Positions 1-12,858 of a stretch of DNA of 64,000 nucleotides are shown one piece after another; within the stretch, counting starts at the first letter, position 1; each line of letters begins with the position of its first letter. Position numbers and translations under genes: made by a program. The stretch covers positions 21,028,098 to 21,092,097 of the forward strand of contig NC_083409.1 of the NCBI RefSeq assembly GCF_020745735.1, given 5' to 3'. This stretch comes from Hemiscyllium ocellatum (Eukaryota). The notes below the pieces were generated by a model. That model was given only the letters and a program-made list of their open reading frames with translations, did no database searches and was not told where the DNA came from.

Positions 1-340
1 CAAACTTGGTGGAAATATTTTTCTGCTTATTAATTTTTTTGCATCAATTCAAAGCAGAAAGATTTTTTTTTCAGGTTTCCGCCTTGAAATTCTTACTGAG
101 ATGATCAAACCCAACAAACACTTCATGCGACGGGTTGAGGGGATTGTCCAATGATCGAGGGAGGGACTGGGTTAAGATTCCCCGGAATTTAGCAGGTTGG
201 GAGGTGATTTCACTGAAACATTTTAAATTCTTCAGGCCCCTGGCAGGATAGAATTTGGAAGGATGTGCCCCTACCAGAGGATTCTAAAGCAGAGTCACAG
301 TCTGGGAATAAGGAGTTAGACATTTAGATCAGAGATGAGG

Positions 341-600
341 AATGGGTGGCACAGTGGCTAGTACCTCTCCCCTACAGTGCCATTGACCTGGGTTCAAGTC
401 CGCCCTCGGGTGACTGTCTGTGTGGAGTTTGCTTATTCTCCCCATGTCTGTGTGGGTTTGCTCCAGTTTTACATTCTCAGTCCAAAGATGTGCAGCTTCG
501 GTGAATTGGCTGTGAGTAGTGTAGGGTTACAGCAGTAGGAGAGGGGAATGCTTCTTGGACCTGATGGTCTTCTTCCACACATTAGGAATTCTATGATTCA
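341..600 (+). mobile_element. Older HE1-type SINE; similar diverged copies at about 925-1200(-), 1733-2045(+), 7272-7500(+), 7745-8030(-), 12392-12675(+), 25370-25710(-), 62250-62520(-)
   Basis: Recognisable TGTGTGGAGTTTGC..TTCTCCCC.TGTCTG.GTGGGTTT core in each copy. Confidence 0.75.
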
Positions 601-2899
601 ACATTGCTGCGGGTCTGGAGTCATGTGTCAGTCGGTATGGGCAAGGACAGCAATCTAAAGGACATTGTTGGGACCAATGGGGTTTGCCCCTAACAATGGC
701 CATTAATTGACTCTTAATTTCAAAGTTTTTTTTAAATTTAAATGCCTTGCCAGAATTTGAACCCATGTCCCCCAAAACATGACTTGGCTCTCTGGATTAA
801 CAATCTCGTGATGATACCACTAGGCCAATGGTTCCCAACATGTGGATGAACTCCAACTTGAATTTATTCAAATGATTAAGTATCATCAACTCTCTGGGAA
901 AGACTCAAAACCCTCTGAGTGAAGAAATTCATCGAATCGCTACAATGTGGAAACAGGCCATTCAGCCCATACTGCCTCTCCAAAGTGCGTCCCACCCAGA
1001 CCCACTCCCATATAACCCTGCATTTCCCATGGCCATTTCACCTAATCTGCACGTTTGTGGAGTGTGGGAGGAAACCAGATCATCTGGACGGAAACCAAGC
1101 AGACACAGGGAGAATGTGTATACTCCACACAGCCGGAGTGTGGAATCAAACCCCGGTCCCTGCATTTTAGGGTAGCAGCGTGAGTCACTGCGCCACCCCA
1201 TTTGATACTGAGCAATAAATGCTTGCATACCAAGTGATGCCCAATCCTTGAAATGAATTAAGAAAAGATCAGTCAAGTTTTAGATCGGAGTGTGATGGGT
1301 TACTCCCCACTTGTCTGCATGGGTGCAGCTCCAAAAACAGTCAAGAAGCTTGAAACCATCCAGTACAAACCAGCCTGCCCTATTGTCACTACATCCACAA
1401 ATATCCACTCCCTCCACCACTGATACTCAGTAGCAGCCGTGTGCACCATCGACAAGATGCACTGCAGATATTCACCAAGTCTCCCGAGACAGCACCTTTC
1501 CAACCCATGACCATTTCCATCTCGAAGGACAAGAGCAGCACACACACAGAACACCACCACCTACAAGTTCCCTTCCAATCTACAAGCATCCTGATTGAAG
1601 TTACTGTTCCTTCAGTGTTACTGGGTCAAGGTCCTGGCATTCCCTTCCTTAGGGCATTGTGGGTTTATTTACAGCACATGGACAAGAGTGGTTCAAGAAG
1701 GCAGCTCACCACCACCTTGCAAAGGGCAGGATTGTGGCTCAGTGGTTAGTGTGGCAATATCACAGAATCAGGCACTTAGGTTCTATTCCACCTTGGGAAG
1801 ATTGTCTGTCTGTATTTGTACATTTTCCCCATGTCTGAGTGAGTTTCATCCACACAGTCCATAGATGTGTAGATTAAGTAGATTAGTCATGCTAAATTAC
1901 AGGTAGTGTCTAGAGATGTGCAGGCTGGGTGGGTTAGCCATGAGAAATGCAGCATTACAAGGATGGGGTTGGTCCAGATGGAATGCTCTTTGGTGTTTTG
2001 GTGTGCACTTGATGGGCGGAATGGTTCGCTTCCGCACTGCATAATTATTCATAGATTCCCAAGAGCAACTAGGAATGTGTACTAAGTGCTGGCCCACAGA
2101 GCAAAACTCATGTCCTCAGTATGAGTTTAAAACAAAAAGACAATCTGCACCGCTTACTATTCCATGAGTCTTTATGTCAACGTGGAACTATGATTCTCAT
2201 TAATACATACAGTAAATAATTAAGGCCTCACCACAGAATCCTTGTGGAACACCACTCATCACTTTCATTCTCTGTTGTCTATCACTAAACCAGCCTCCAA
2301 ACCAAGTCAAACATTCATCTTCATTCCCATGGGTTTTAACGTTGGTCAGCAGACTCTTTGGTGGGAAATAATTAAGTACTTCTGAAAGTTGATTAGACTA
2401 TACGTCCTATCGACTATTTTAATTAATGCATTTGGTTCATTAGTCAAAACCTACCCATCACAAATCTATGTGGGCTATTTGCAATTCTCCACATGTTCAT
2501 TCTCTCGGCTGTTAATTATATATTCCAATGAAACTCCCAAGTGATGTTAGATGGACCAGGATATAATTTCCTCAGTTCCCTCTCTCATCTTTTTGAACCC
2601 ATGGTGTGACAGCAAGACATTTTCCAAACTAAAGGAATGGTTGCTGGACCCTTATTGGAAAAGCTTCTGAAACGTCTTCAATACCACCCATCCCCCCCCC
2701 TACCCCCTCCCACCCCCCCCCCCCCCCACACACACACACACACACACACTTCCTTTAAACCCCTGAGGTCCTGGAGATCTGTCAGACTTTACAGCGGCTT
2801 CCTTTCCAATGCTGTTTCCTGGCATGTATCAAGTTTTGTGAATTCCAGTCATCAATTCATTCCTAACCTCCCTGAACTGGAAGCTGCATTATTCCATTC

Positions 2900-3300
2900 C
2901 TTGACTGTGAAGACTAACACAACTAATTATTGTACATATCGGCCATTTCCTTCGTCTCATTCACAGAATTCCCAATTTGTTTTTAAAGGGTTCACATTGC
3001 ATTGTAGCTCCCTTGATTTTCTAACTTTAATATTAGCCCAGTACTCTGCATTCCTGTTATCTCTTCCAAAGTGAAATACCTCACAGTTTTCCGCATTAAA
3101 CTCCATTTGCCATTTCTCAGCCCAGCTCTGCATCTTATCTACGTCCCTCTGTAACCCACAACATCCTTCAGCACTATCTAAAACTCTGCCTACCTTAGTG
3201 TCATACTTAAATTTACTAACCCATCCTTCTGCAACAACATCCAGATCATTTATAAACATGACAAGCAGCAGTGACCTCAAAACAGATTCTAGCAGCATAG
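2900..3300 (-). mobile_element. CR1 RT fragment
   Basis: LLLVMFINDLD..VSKFKYDTKVG..LQRDVDKMQSWAEKWQMEFN. Confidence 0.8.
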
Positions 3301-3320
3301 TAGGCGGCACGGTGGCGAGT

Positions 3321-3633
3321 GGGCGGCACGGTGGCACAGTGGTTAGCACTGCTGCCTCACAGCGCCTGAAGACCCGGGTTCAATTCCCGACTCAGGCGAC
3401 TGACTGTGTGGAGTTTGCATGTTCTCCCCGTGTCTGCGTGGGTTTCCTCCGGGTGCTCCGGTTTCCTCCCACAGTCCAAAGATGTGCGGGTCAGGTGAAT
3501 TGGCCATGCTAAATTGCCCGTAGTGTTAGGTAAGGGGTAATGTAGGGGTATGGGTGGGTTTCGCTTCGGCGGGTCGGTGTGGACTTGTTGGGCCGAAGGG
3601 CCTGTTTCCACACTGTAAGTCTAATCTAATCTA
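3321..3633 (+). mobile_element. HE1-type shark SINE (tRNA-derived head, CR1-like tail), young copy
   Basis: GGGCGGCACGGTGGCACAGTGGTTAGC (A box)...GGTTCAATTCC (B box)...GGGCCTGTTTCCACACTGTAAG(TAATC)n; nearly identical to the copies at 6581, 10681 and 30847. Confidence 0.88.
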
Positions 3634-3679
3634 AGTACTGGAACTGAGCTCCAGGATGAATATTGTTCATCAACCACCA

Positions 3680-6060
3680 CCCTCCATCTTCTTTCAGCTC
3701 ACCAATTTCTGATCCAATTCATTAAATCACCTTCAATCACAAAGCTCTGTATTTTGTGCAATACCTTAACGTCTGGAACCTTATCAAACGCCTTACTGAA
3801 ATCCATATACACTACATCAACCACTTTAACTTCATCCATTTTTATAACCTTCTCGAAGAACTCAATAAGGTTAGTTAGGCACGACCTGCTCTTCACAAAA
3901 CCATGTTGACTATCTTTAATCAAATTATTCCTTACCAGATGATTATGAATCCTATCTCTTATAATCTTTTCCAACATCTTGCCCACAACCGAAGTATGAC
4001 ACACTGGCTTATAACTACCAGAGTTGTCTCGACTTCCATTTTTTAACAATGGAACACCATTTGCTATTCTCTAGGCCTCTGGCACTGCTCCTATTGACAA
4101 TGATGACATAAAGATCAAAGCAAAAGGCTCTGCAATCTCCTCCTGGCTTCCCAGAGAATCTGAGGATAAATCCCATCCGGTCCAGTTGTCTTATCTGTTT
4201 TCAGATATTCCAAAATTGCTCAAACCAACTCGTTGTCAACCACAATCCCATCTAATCTAGTAGCCTGTACCTCCATATTCTCACTAACGTTGCCCTTTTC
4301 CAATGGGAGTACTGATGAAAAGTATTCATTCAGCGCTTCCCCAATATCCTCAGATTCCACATACAACTTCCCACAACTACCTTTAGATTGGCCCTAATCT
4401 TACTCCAGTCATTCTCTAATTTCTGATATCCCTAGGGAAGGCCTTAGGGTTTTCCTTGACCCTGTCCACCAACATCTTCTCATGTCCCCTCCTGGCTCTT
4501 CTTAGCCCTCTCTTTTGATCTTTTTTGGCTAATTTATAACTCTCAAGCCCCCAAACTGAGCCTTCACGCCTCGTCCTTGCACAAACCACTTTCTTCCTCT
4601 TGACAGTAGCTTCAACTGCTTTTGTAAACCATGGATCCGTCTCTCAACAACTACCTCCCTGCCTGATAAGTATATACTTATCAAGGACCCACAGTAGCTG
4701 TTCCTTGAATAAGCTCCACATTTCAAGTGTATCCATGCACTGCAGTTTCCTTCCCCACCTGATGCATCCTAAATCTTGCCAAATTGCATCATAATTGCCT
4801 TTCCCCCAGTTAGACCTCTTTCCCTGCAGTATATATCTATCACTGTCCACTGCTATTGCAACTATAACCGAATCTGTGGTCACAATCGCCAAAATATTCA
4901 CTGACCTCCAAAGCTAACACCTGGCCAGTTTCATGCCCCAGTATCAAATCTAATATGGCATCACCCCGCTTGTTGGCCTGTCTACATACTGTGTCAGGAA
5001 ACCCTCCTCCACAAATTGAACAACACTGACCCATCTAAATTACTTGAACTATTTAATTCACAGTCAATGTTGGGGAAGTTAAAGTCCCCCATAACAACTA
5101 TCCTGTTATACTCATTCCTATCGAGAATCATCTTTGCCATCCTTTCCAAACATCCCTGGAACAAATTGGAGGCCTATATAAAACTCCCAACAGGATGACC
5201 TCTCCTTTCTTGTTTCTAACCTCAGCCAAAACTACCTTAGAGGATGAGTCCTGACATGTTGTCTCAGCTGCTGAAGTAAAATCCTTAATTAACACAGCCG
5301 TCCCTCTTTTACGATCTTCTCTGTTCTTGCTGAAACATCTAAATCCTGGAACCTGCAACAAGCATTTCTATCCTTCCTTTATCCATGTCTCTGAAATGGA
5401 CACACTATTGAAATCTCAGGTACCTACCCATGCTGCAAGATCACTCACCTTGCTCCAGATGTTCCTGGCGTTGAAGGACACACATTTCAAACCAACACTC
5501 TGATTTCCGGTGCCATCGTGCGTCCTTGTAAATCTATCCCTGACCTCACTACCCTCAACCCCCTGTACACTGTGGCTACAATTCAGGTTCCGATCCCCCT
5601 GCAAGAGCATTATCAAATTCTACCCCCCAGGATATTGGTACCCCTCTGGTTCAGGTGTAGACCATCCTGTTTGTAGAGGTCCCACCTTCTCCAGAAAGAG
5701 CTCCACTTATCCAAGGATCCAAAACACTCCCTTCTTCATCATCCCTGCAGCTACGTGTTCAGCTTTGCTCTCTCCCTGTTCCTTGCTTCATTAACATTTA
5801 GCACGAGCAACAATCCAGAGATAACAACTCTGTTTGTTCTCGCTCTGAACTTCCACCCTAGTTCCCTGAATTTCTGTCTTAAATCCCCACCTTTCTTCCT
5901 ACCTATGTCGTTGGTGCCTGCGTGGACCACGATTTGGTGCTGCACCCCCTCCCCCTCAAGAATCCTAAAAACATAATCAGAGACATCACAAACCCTGGTA
6001 CTTGGGAGGTAACACACCAATTGCGAGTCTCTCTCGTTCCCACAAAACGAGAGAGTTCTG
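3680..6060 (-). mobile_element. CR1 LINE relic (ORF1 SGNH/esterase, endonuclease, RT start)
   Basis: IVVHAGTNDIGRKK (5751-6107), LGVLYRPP (5128-5361), GSYKPVCHTSVVGKMLEKIIRDRI..QHGFVKSRSCLTNLIEFFE..VDVVYMDFSKAFDKVP (3699-4049). Confidence 0.88.
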
Positions 6061-6129
6061 GTTGCCATGTTTTGGCTGTCCCACAAAGCGGCCATTGGTG
6101 ACGACACCTTGAGAATGCAAGGTTCCGTT

Positions 6130-6975
6130 CGAGTCTTCCTGCTGCAAGAAAAATATTGTTAAACTTGAAAGGGGGCAAAAAAGGTTTGCAAGGATGTTGC
6201 CGGGTTGGAGGGTTTGAGCTGTAGGGAGAGGCTGAATAGACGGGGGCTATTTTCCCTGGAGCGGTGGAGGCTGGGGTGTGACCTAATAGAGGTTTGTAAA
6301 ATCATGTGGGGAATCGATAATATGGATAGCCAAAGTCTTTTCCCAGGGTATATGAGTTCAAAACTAAAGGACGTAGGTTTAACGTGAGGGGGAAGGATCT
6401 GTAAGGGATCCAAGGGGCAACGTTTTCATGAAGAGGATGGTGCATGCATGGCATGAACTGCCAGAGAAAGTGGCGGAGGCTGGTGCAATTACAACAGTTA
6501 AAAGGCACCTGCATGGCTATATAAATAGCAAGGGTTTTGAAGGATATCGGACAAATCCTGGCAAATGGGACGAGATCAATGGGCAGCACGGTGGCACAGT
6601 GGTTAGCACTGCTGTCTCACAGCGCCTGAGACCCGGGTTCAATTCCCGACTCAGGCGACTGACTGTGTGGAGTTTGCACGTTCTCCCCGTGTCTGTGTGG
6701 GTTTCCTCCGGATGCTCCGGTTTCCTCCCACAGTCCAAAGATGTGTGGGTCAGGTGAATTGGCCATGCTAAATTGCCCGTAGTGTTAGGTAAGGGGTAAA
6801 CGTAGGGGTAGGGGTAGGGGTATGGGTGGGTTGCGCTTCGGCGGATCGGTGAGGACTTGTTAGGCCGAAGGGCCTGTTTCCACACTGTAAGTAATCTAAT
6901 TAATTTAGGATATCTGGTTGGCATGGATGAGTTGAACCGAAGGGTCTGTTTCCATGCCGAATGACTCTCTGATGA
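6130..6975 (+). mobile_element. CR1 3' end (split by SINE)
   Basis: EGLSCRERLNRRGLFSLERWRLGCDLIEVCKIM and 3' tail GGCATGGATGAGTTGAACCGAAGGGTCTGTTTCCATGC. Confidence 0.8.
6581..6903 (+). mobile_element. HE1-type SINE, young copy nested in a CR1 3' end
   Basis: Same consensus; CR1 tail sequence resumes at about 6905. Confidence 0.88.
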
Positions 6976-8809
6976 AGTCTCTGGTTTAAATAGACAAAGC
7001 TACTGAGAGAGCAGTGACAGTGCTCCCACTGACCAGGTTCCAGCTTGTACAGGGCTCCACTCTCAGCTGGATGGTTGAGAGTTTGAGCTGATTTTAAGCT
7101 GTATTTTGAAGACGACTAAGCAATCTTTTTGAATAAAGCCTCCAGAAATGTGAAGGTGACATTTATGAGCAATTCAGAGCAATGATCTACTCAGTTATTT
7201 TGACTCCTGGGGCCTGCTGAGTACTAAAACTCAACATTTAGGGATTGCTGAAAAATATCTTCATTGACTTGGACTGTGTGGAGTTTGCACATTCTCCCAG
7301 TGTCTGCGTGGGTTTCCTCTGGGTGCTCCGGTTTCCTCGCACAGTCCAACAATTTGCAGATTAGGTGAATTGGCCATGCTAAATTGCCCGTAGTGTTAGG
7401 TGAAGAGGTAAAGGTAGGGGTATGGGTGGGTTTCTCTTTGGCGGGTCGGTGTGGTTTTGTTGGGCCGAAGGCCCTGTTTCCACACTGTAAGTAATCTATA
7501 AATCTTAATTGTACTTTTCAGGTTCCACAGTGAATGAACAGCCCAGAAGATTATAGCTTTGGGTTATTTCCTGATCTCATTGTTGCTGTCTACAGGCTGT
7601 GAAGGACACAGAGTGGTAGAAGTACTTTCCAAAAAAAATAGAGACTGCTCCTGTCTTCAAAGGGTTGTCATCTCTTGCGTAGATATGAGACAGAACCACA
7701 TGCATGCTTCATGGCTAGAATGGAAAAAAGGAACTTGCATTTGTATCACAGAATCACAATATTGTGGAATCCCACTCACCGACTCCACATTTTCTCTGAC
7801 AACTGCACCTAACCTATACATGTCTGAACACCATGGGCAATTTAGCATGACCAATTCACCTAACCTGCACAGCTCTGAACTGTGGGACGAACCAGAGCCC
7901 CCGAAGGAAACCCACACAGACACAGGAAGAATTTTCAAACGCCATACCGACAGTCTCCAAAGGCTGGAATTGAACCCAGGTCGCTGGCTCGGTGAGACAG
8001 CAGTGCGAACCACTGAGCCTCCATGCTGCCTATTTTTGCTTGCTGTCATGTCTGCGTCATAACTTGTAATGTGTTTATTTTTTAAATAAACCAACTTACA
8101 AAGTCAATGGACTGAATATGGGACCAATATCTTTAACCTGTCACGGAGAAAGGCTGGAGCAAACACTGTGCAGATGAGGCCGATTGCACAAGCAGCTTAA
8201 TCTGCAGGTAGAAAATACGAACGACAATCTTTGTTCATGCGAAGGTGTATGAGGCAATATATGGGCAGGGAACAAAAGTAGGCAACTCGACCCTTTGACC
8301 CAGCTCACCCATTAAATAAGATCATAGTTGATCTAATGTTAACAACAACTCTACATTCTCCGACAGTGTTCCATCCCTTCAGTCATCAAGAATCTATCTA
8401 CCTCTTCCTAGGGTAATTATAGGGTTGGGGAATGGGTATGGATTAGTTTGTGTGGACTTGTTGGGCTGAAGGGCCTGTTTCCACACTGCAGGGATTCTAA
8501 ATTCTGCATCCACTGCCTTTTAAGGAAGAGAATTCCAAAGACTGATAACCTCTGAGAGTAAAAACATGTTTCCCAATCTCTGTTTTGAATAGACTCTCCC
8601 TTCATTTTAAACAGTGATCCCTAGTTCTGCATTCTCCCACAAGAGGCTTTTCACATCCACCCGGTCAAGACCCCTCAGGATCTTGCATGTTTCAATGAAG
8701 TCTTGCATTCCTTTTCCCCTCACAACACACCATAACATTCAATGAGCTTTCCCGATGACTTGCTGTACCTACATACTAACCTTCTGTGATTAATGCACAG
8801 TGACCCAGA

Positions 8810-9120
8810 TATGGTTCTGGGGGCACAAACCCAAATTCCATCGTGGCAGATAATGGAATGTGAATTCAGTTTTTTTTAAAATCTGCACTTAAGAGTCTAA
8901 TGATGACCACAAACCTATGTCGATTGTCAGGAAAGCCCATCAGGGTCATTAATGTCCTTTAGCGAAGGGAACTGCCATCCTTACCTGGTCTGGCCTACAT
9001 GGGAATCCAATCCAACAGCAATGCAGATGACTGATAACTACCTTCTGGGGCAATTAGGAGTGGGCAATAAATGCTGTCTGAGTCAGTGACATCCTCATCC
9101 CATCAATGAATTAAAAATAA
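8810..9120 (+). mobile_element. Second old shark SINE family; other copies at about 600-830(-), 17300-17640(-), 57140-57460(+), 62030-62250(+)
   Basis: Shared body GATGACCA..GATTGTCAGGAAA.CCCATC..AATGTCCTTTAG.GAAGG.AACTGCCATCCTTACCTGGTCTGGCCTACAT and tail GGCAATAAATGCT. The copies at 17300 and 57140 sit at paralogous J-C intron positions. Confidence 0.7.
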
Positions 9121-10680
9121 TGACTATAAATAATCAACTTGAGGATAAAAGTTATTTTTAATTAATAAGCATCCTTTGTTTTTAGCCCTCATTATCTTTT
9201 GATTTATCCTCTTTCCCACCATAAAGTACTGTTAGGAAGCATCGAGATTATTCCCACCAGTTCTGGGATCTCTTCCCTATTTGTGCTGCTTTCCAGAACA
9301 CAAGTGTCTTCCTACTCCAGCCTCCATTCCTCACTCTCATCCACACACTGTTCTCCCTCTCTCCACTCCTGACCTCCCACACTCTTCTGCAGCCTCCGCT
9401 CCGCACCCAGACCTGTGTAAGACCAGGGGTCATAAGATTACAGTGAATGCATTTTGTGACCCAGCGTATGGTAGATATATGGAACATGCTGCCTGAGAGG
9501 GTGGTGCAGCCAGAAAATCGCACAACCTTTAAAAAACATTTGGATGATCACTTATAATGCCAGGGCATAATGGACTCCAGACAACTGTGGGTAAATGGGA
9601 TTAGTGTAGTTTAATGTGTGGTGGTCGACATTGACATGGTGGGCCGTAGGGCCTATTTCTGTGCTGTATTACTCTCAACTTGAATCTCTGGCTCTGTGAG
9701 GCAGCAGTGCTGTGTCACCCATATTGAGGGAGGCACACAACAAAATCAGCACAAGTGGCGATGAGAATTCAGCTCTTCCCGTTTTTGAAAACCCCATCAC
9801 CACATCAATCAGTTAACAAATTAAAACAAACGATGTGTTATAAGCACAGCTCCATGCTGGGGTAGTGAAGGGGTGGTGTGGCCACTGGTCAGATAACAAA
9901 GACATAGGAACAGAAGGAATGGACTCAATTAAAATGGAAGTGGAGTTGTGTGGGGGAATCTCTGAATGGATACTTACCCATCTGACAGAGTGACCGCCAC
10001 CTGGCAATCTATTTTACGCTACATAGAAACATAGTGGATAGGAGCAAGACCAGGCCATTTGGCCCCTCCAGCCTGCTATGCCATTCAATATGACTGTGGG
10101 TGATCTTCAAGCACATTATTGTAATCCATCCCTTGATTCTTTAGCCACAAGAGCTATATCTACCTCCTTCCTGAAAACGCAATGTTTTGGCCTCAACCAC
10201 TTTCTGTGATAGAATTCCGCAGGCTTACTCTCTCTGGGTGAAAACATTTTTTTTTTCTCATCTCTGTCCTATAGAGTTTTCCCCTTAACGTTAAACTATG
10301 AGCCCTGTTTCTGGACATCCTCACGATTGGTAACATCCTTCCTCCATCTAACCTGTCTCATCCTGTTCCAGCTTTCCACAAGATTCCCATCCTTCATTCT
10401 TCTAAACTCCAGTAAACACAGTCCTCACCAACTCAACCTCTCTTTATATGTCAGGCCTGCCATCACAGAAATCAAATGGCATTCAGTAATTAATATTAAT
10501 CAGCCCATTGTGGAATGTCGTGGAAATTAAATCGACTCGACTCAACAATTAGCAAGAGCAACCAAAAAGAGCTTTATTGATTTTTTGACCTCTACATTGC
10601 AGGGGGACCACATGTACTTGACAAAAATGTCTTGCGCAAGGTCCCTGAGCATAATTCAGATATTCATCTTATCCTTTTTT

Positions 10681-10992
10681 TTAGATTAGACTTACAGTGT
10701 GGAAACAGGCCCTTCGGCCCAACAAGTCCACACCGACCCGCCGAAGCGCAACCCACCCACACCCCTACATTTACCCCTTACCTAACACTACGGGCAACTT
10801 AGCTTGGCCAATTCACCTGACCCGCACATCTTTGTGACTGTGGGAGGAAACTGGAGCGCCCGGAGGAAACCCACGCAGACACGAGGAGAACGTGCAAACT
10901 CCACACAGTCAGTCGCCTGAGTTGGGAATTGAACCCGGGTCTCACAGGCGCTGTGAGGCAGTAGTGCTAACCACTGTGCCACCGTGCCGCCC
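10681..10992 (-). mobile_element. HE1-type SINE, young copy
   Basis: Reverse complement of the same consensus. Confidence 0.88.
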
Positions 10993-11384
10993 AAATCCTG
11001 TTTCTTATCACACTCTCAAGGACAAAGACTGTGAAGATTTGAGTTGTTATTCTTTTCATTCCCTTGTTGTGGACATACTGTTCTTATGTTTTTCTCTTGT
11101 TGAATGTTTACAAAGTTCCTCAGAGACAAGCTGTCCGTCGATTGCATACTTCAGTAAAGTATCAGAATGTTTTGATTTTAGTCAAGCACTGTCTTTCAGA
11201 TTTAGGAGTAAATGGATTTCAGTATAAATGTTAATTTTGTTAATTTTCCATTATATGGATCACAGACTTTGTAGGTCAGAGTTAGAAGACAATCATTGCC
11301 GATTCTAAAATTCAGGCTTCGTTTGCAGCAATCTCAATGGAATCATTGGATACAATCTTACAACAGCAGAAAGATGAGAGGCGT

Positions 11385-11595
11385 AGATGGAGGGTGCAGA
11401 CAGCAGTGTAGACAGTGGGTGTAGGTGGTGGGTGCAAACAGAGGGACGAGACAGTGGCTGTGGATACTGGGTGTAGACATTGGGTACAGACGGTGGTGCA
11501 GACCGAGAGTGCAGACAGTGGGAGCAGATGGTGTTGGAGACAGAAGGTCCAGACGGTAGTTACAGATGATGATGTAGACAGTAGTGTAGACAAGA
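11385..11595 (+). repeat. Degenerate about 12-bp G-rich minisatellite (GGGTGCAGACAG-like)
   Basis: Recurring GTG/TAGAC(A/G)G(T)GG units. Confidence 0.65.
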
Positions 11596-12158
11596 GCAAG
11601 ATCTTGCGTGGTGACCACATGGGTGGCTGTGTGGAATCACACAGAGAGTAGCCAGTGAGTCTGACACAGTAAGGGACACCCCCTGGTGCTGAAGGTCATG
11701 CTGCTGCAGGCAAAGATCGCATTTCAACTGGAACTGCACTCCCTCCCTACACACTCCCATCTTGTCCCCATATGCCTCACTACAATCCCTGGAGATGCCA
11801 GTCAGCACCCTGCGCCATCCCACAATCTCCATTGACCTTCTTTCCATTAGCCTTGGCCATCCTCCCAAGCACTTACTTCGCCCTTCACTGAAGCTTGAAC
11901 GATTTCCTCTGATTCTTGATGATGAGTTTGCCATCTTGGAACAGTCTAACGTGGTCACCATTAGCCAGCACTGCCCTCTCAGCATGGAGCATAGATTGAT
12001 ACAGCACAGAAAATGTCCTATGTCCCATTGAGTCTGCAGCAACATAACTCCCACTAAAGGCAGAGGTCAAAACAATGACTACAGATGCCGGAATCCAGAT
12101 TCTGGATCAGTGGTGCTGGAAGAGCACAGCAGTTCAGTCAGCATCCAAAGTGCAGCGA

Positions 12159-12194
12159 AATCGACGTTTCGGGCAAAAACCCTTCATCAGGACT
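12159..12194 (-). ncRNA. Minimal hammerhead motif in a short Penelope terminal fragment (about 12070-12195)
   Basis: Minus strand AGTC-CTGATGA-A-GGGT(TTTT)GCCC-GAAA-CG-TC-GATT. Confidence 0.62.
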
Positions 12195-12822
12195 TCACAA
12201 CTACCACCAAAGGCACTCTAATCCCAATTTCCTGCACTTATCCCAAATCCTTGAATATTATGATATTTAAAGTTGGTGAGGTTTCCAGCCTCCACCACCT
12301 TTACTAACAGAGGGTTGTGTGTTTATAACTTATATCCTGTCAGGCTCTCGGAGTTTAACAAAACCTCAACTATTTGTCCTGTCCTTTAGTGTGCGGTATG
12401 GTGGCTCAGTGGTTAGCACTTCTGCCTCGCAGCACCAGGGACCTAGGTTCAATCCAAGCCAGAGGTGACTGCCTTTGTGGAGTTTGCAAGCCCCCTCTGT
12501 GTGACTTTCCTCCCACAATCCAAAGGTGAATTGGGCATTCGAAATTTGCCACAGTGAGCAAGAATGTGTCAGTCGGGGCGATGTTGAGTAAAAGGGTAGA
12601 TGAATGGGTCTCGGGGAGTCTGTCTTCAGAGGGTTGGTGTTAGGTTGTTGAACCAAATGGCCTGTTTCCACACTGTGAGAGTCATATTTCCCAAATCTCA
12701 TTTGTGATGTTCGTAATGGAACCATTCCTTTTGTCTTCTGTTGTTTAGTTCTTGTGCTCCTTGCAGAAAAATGTGTTGCTAGAAAAAGCGCAGCAGGTCA
12801 GGCAGCATCCAAGGAGCAGGAG

Positions 12823-12858
12823 AATCGACGTTTCGGGCATCAGCCCTTCTTCAGGAAT
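12823..12858 (-). ncRNA. Minimal hammerhead motif in a Penelope 3' fragment (about 12770-12940)
   Basis: Minus strand ATTC-CTGAAGA-A-GGGC(TGAT)GCCC-GAAA-CG-TC-GATT. Confidence 0.62.

Noticed and set aside
3321-3390. tRNA-like A and B boxes
   Set aside because: SINE head; no complete cloverleaf or acceptor stem, so not called as a tRNA gene.
3198-3611. Recurrent ORFs such as RHGGTVVSTAASQRL / CGRKPEHPEETHADT at many positions
   Set aside because: Translations of HE1 SINE copies, not a gene family.
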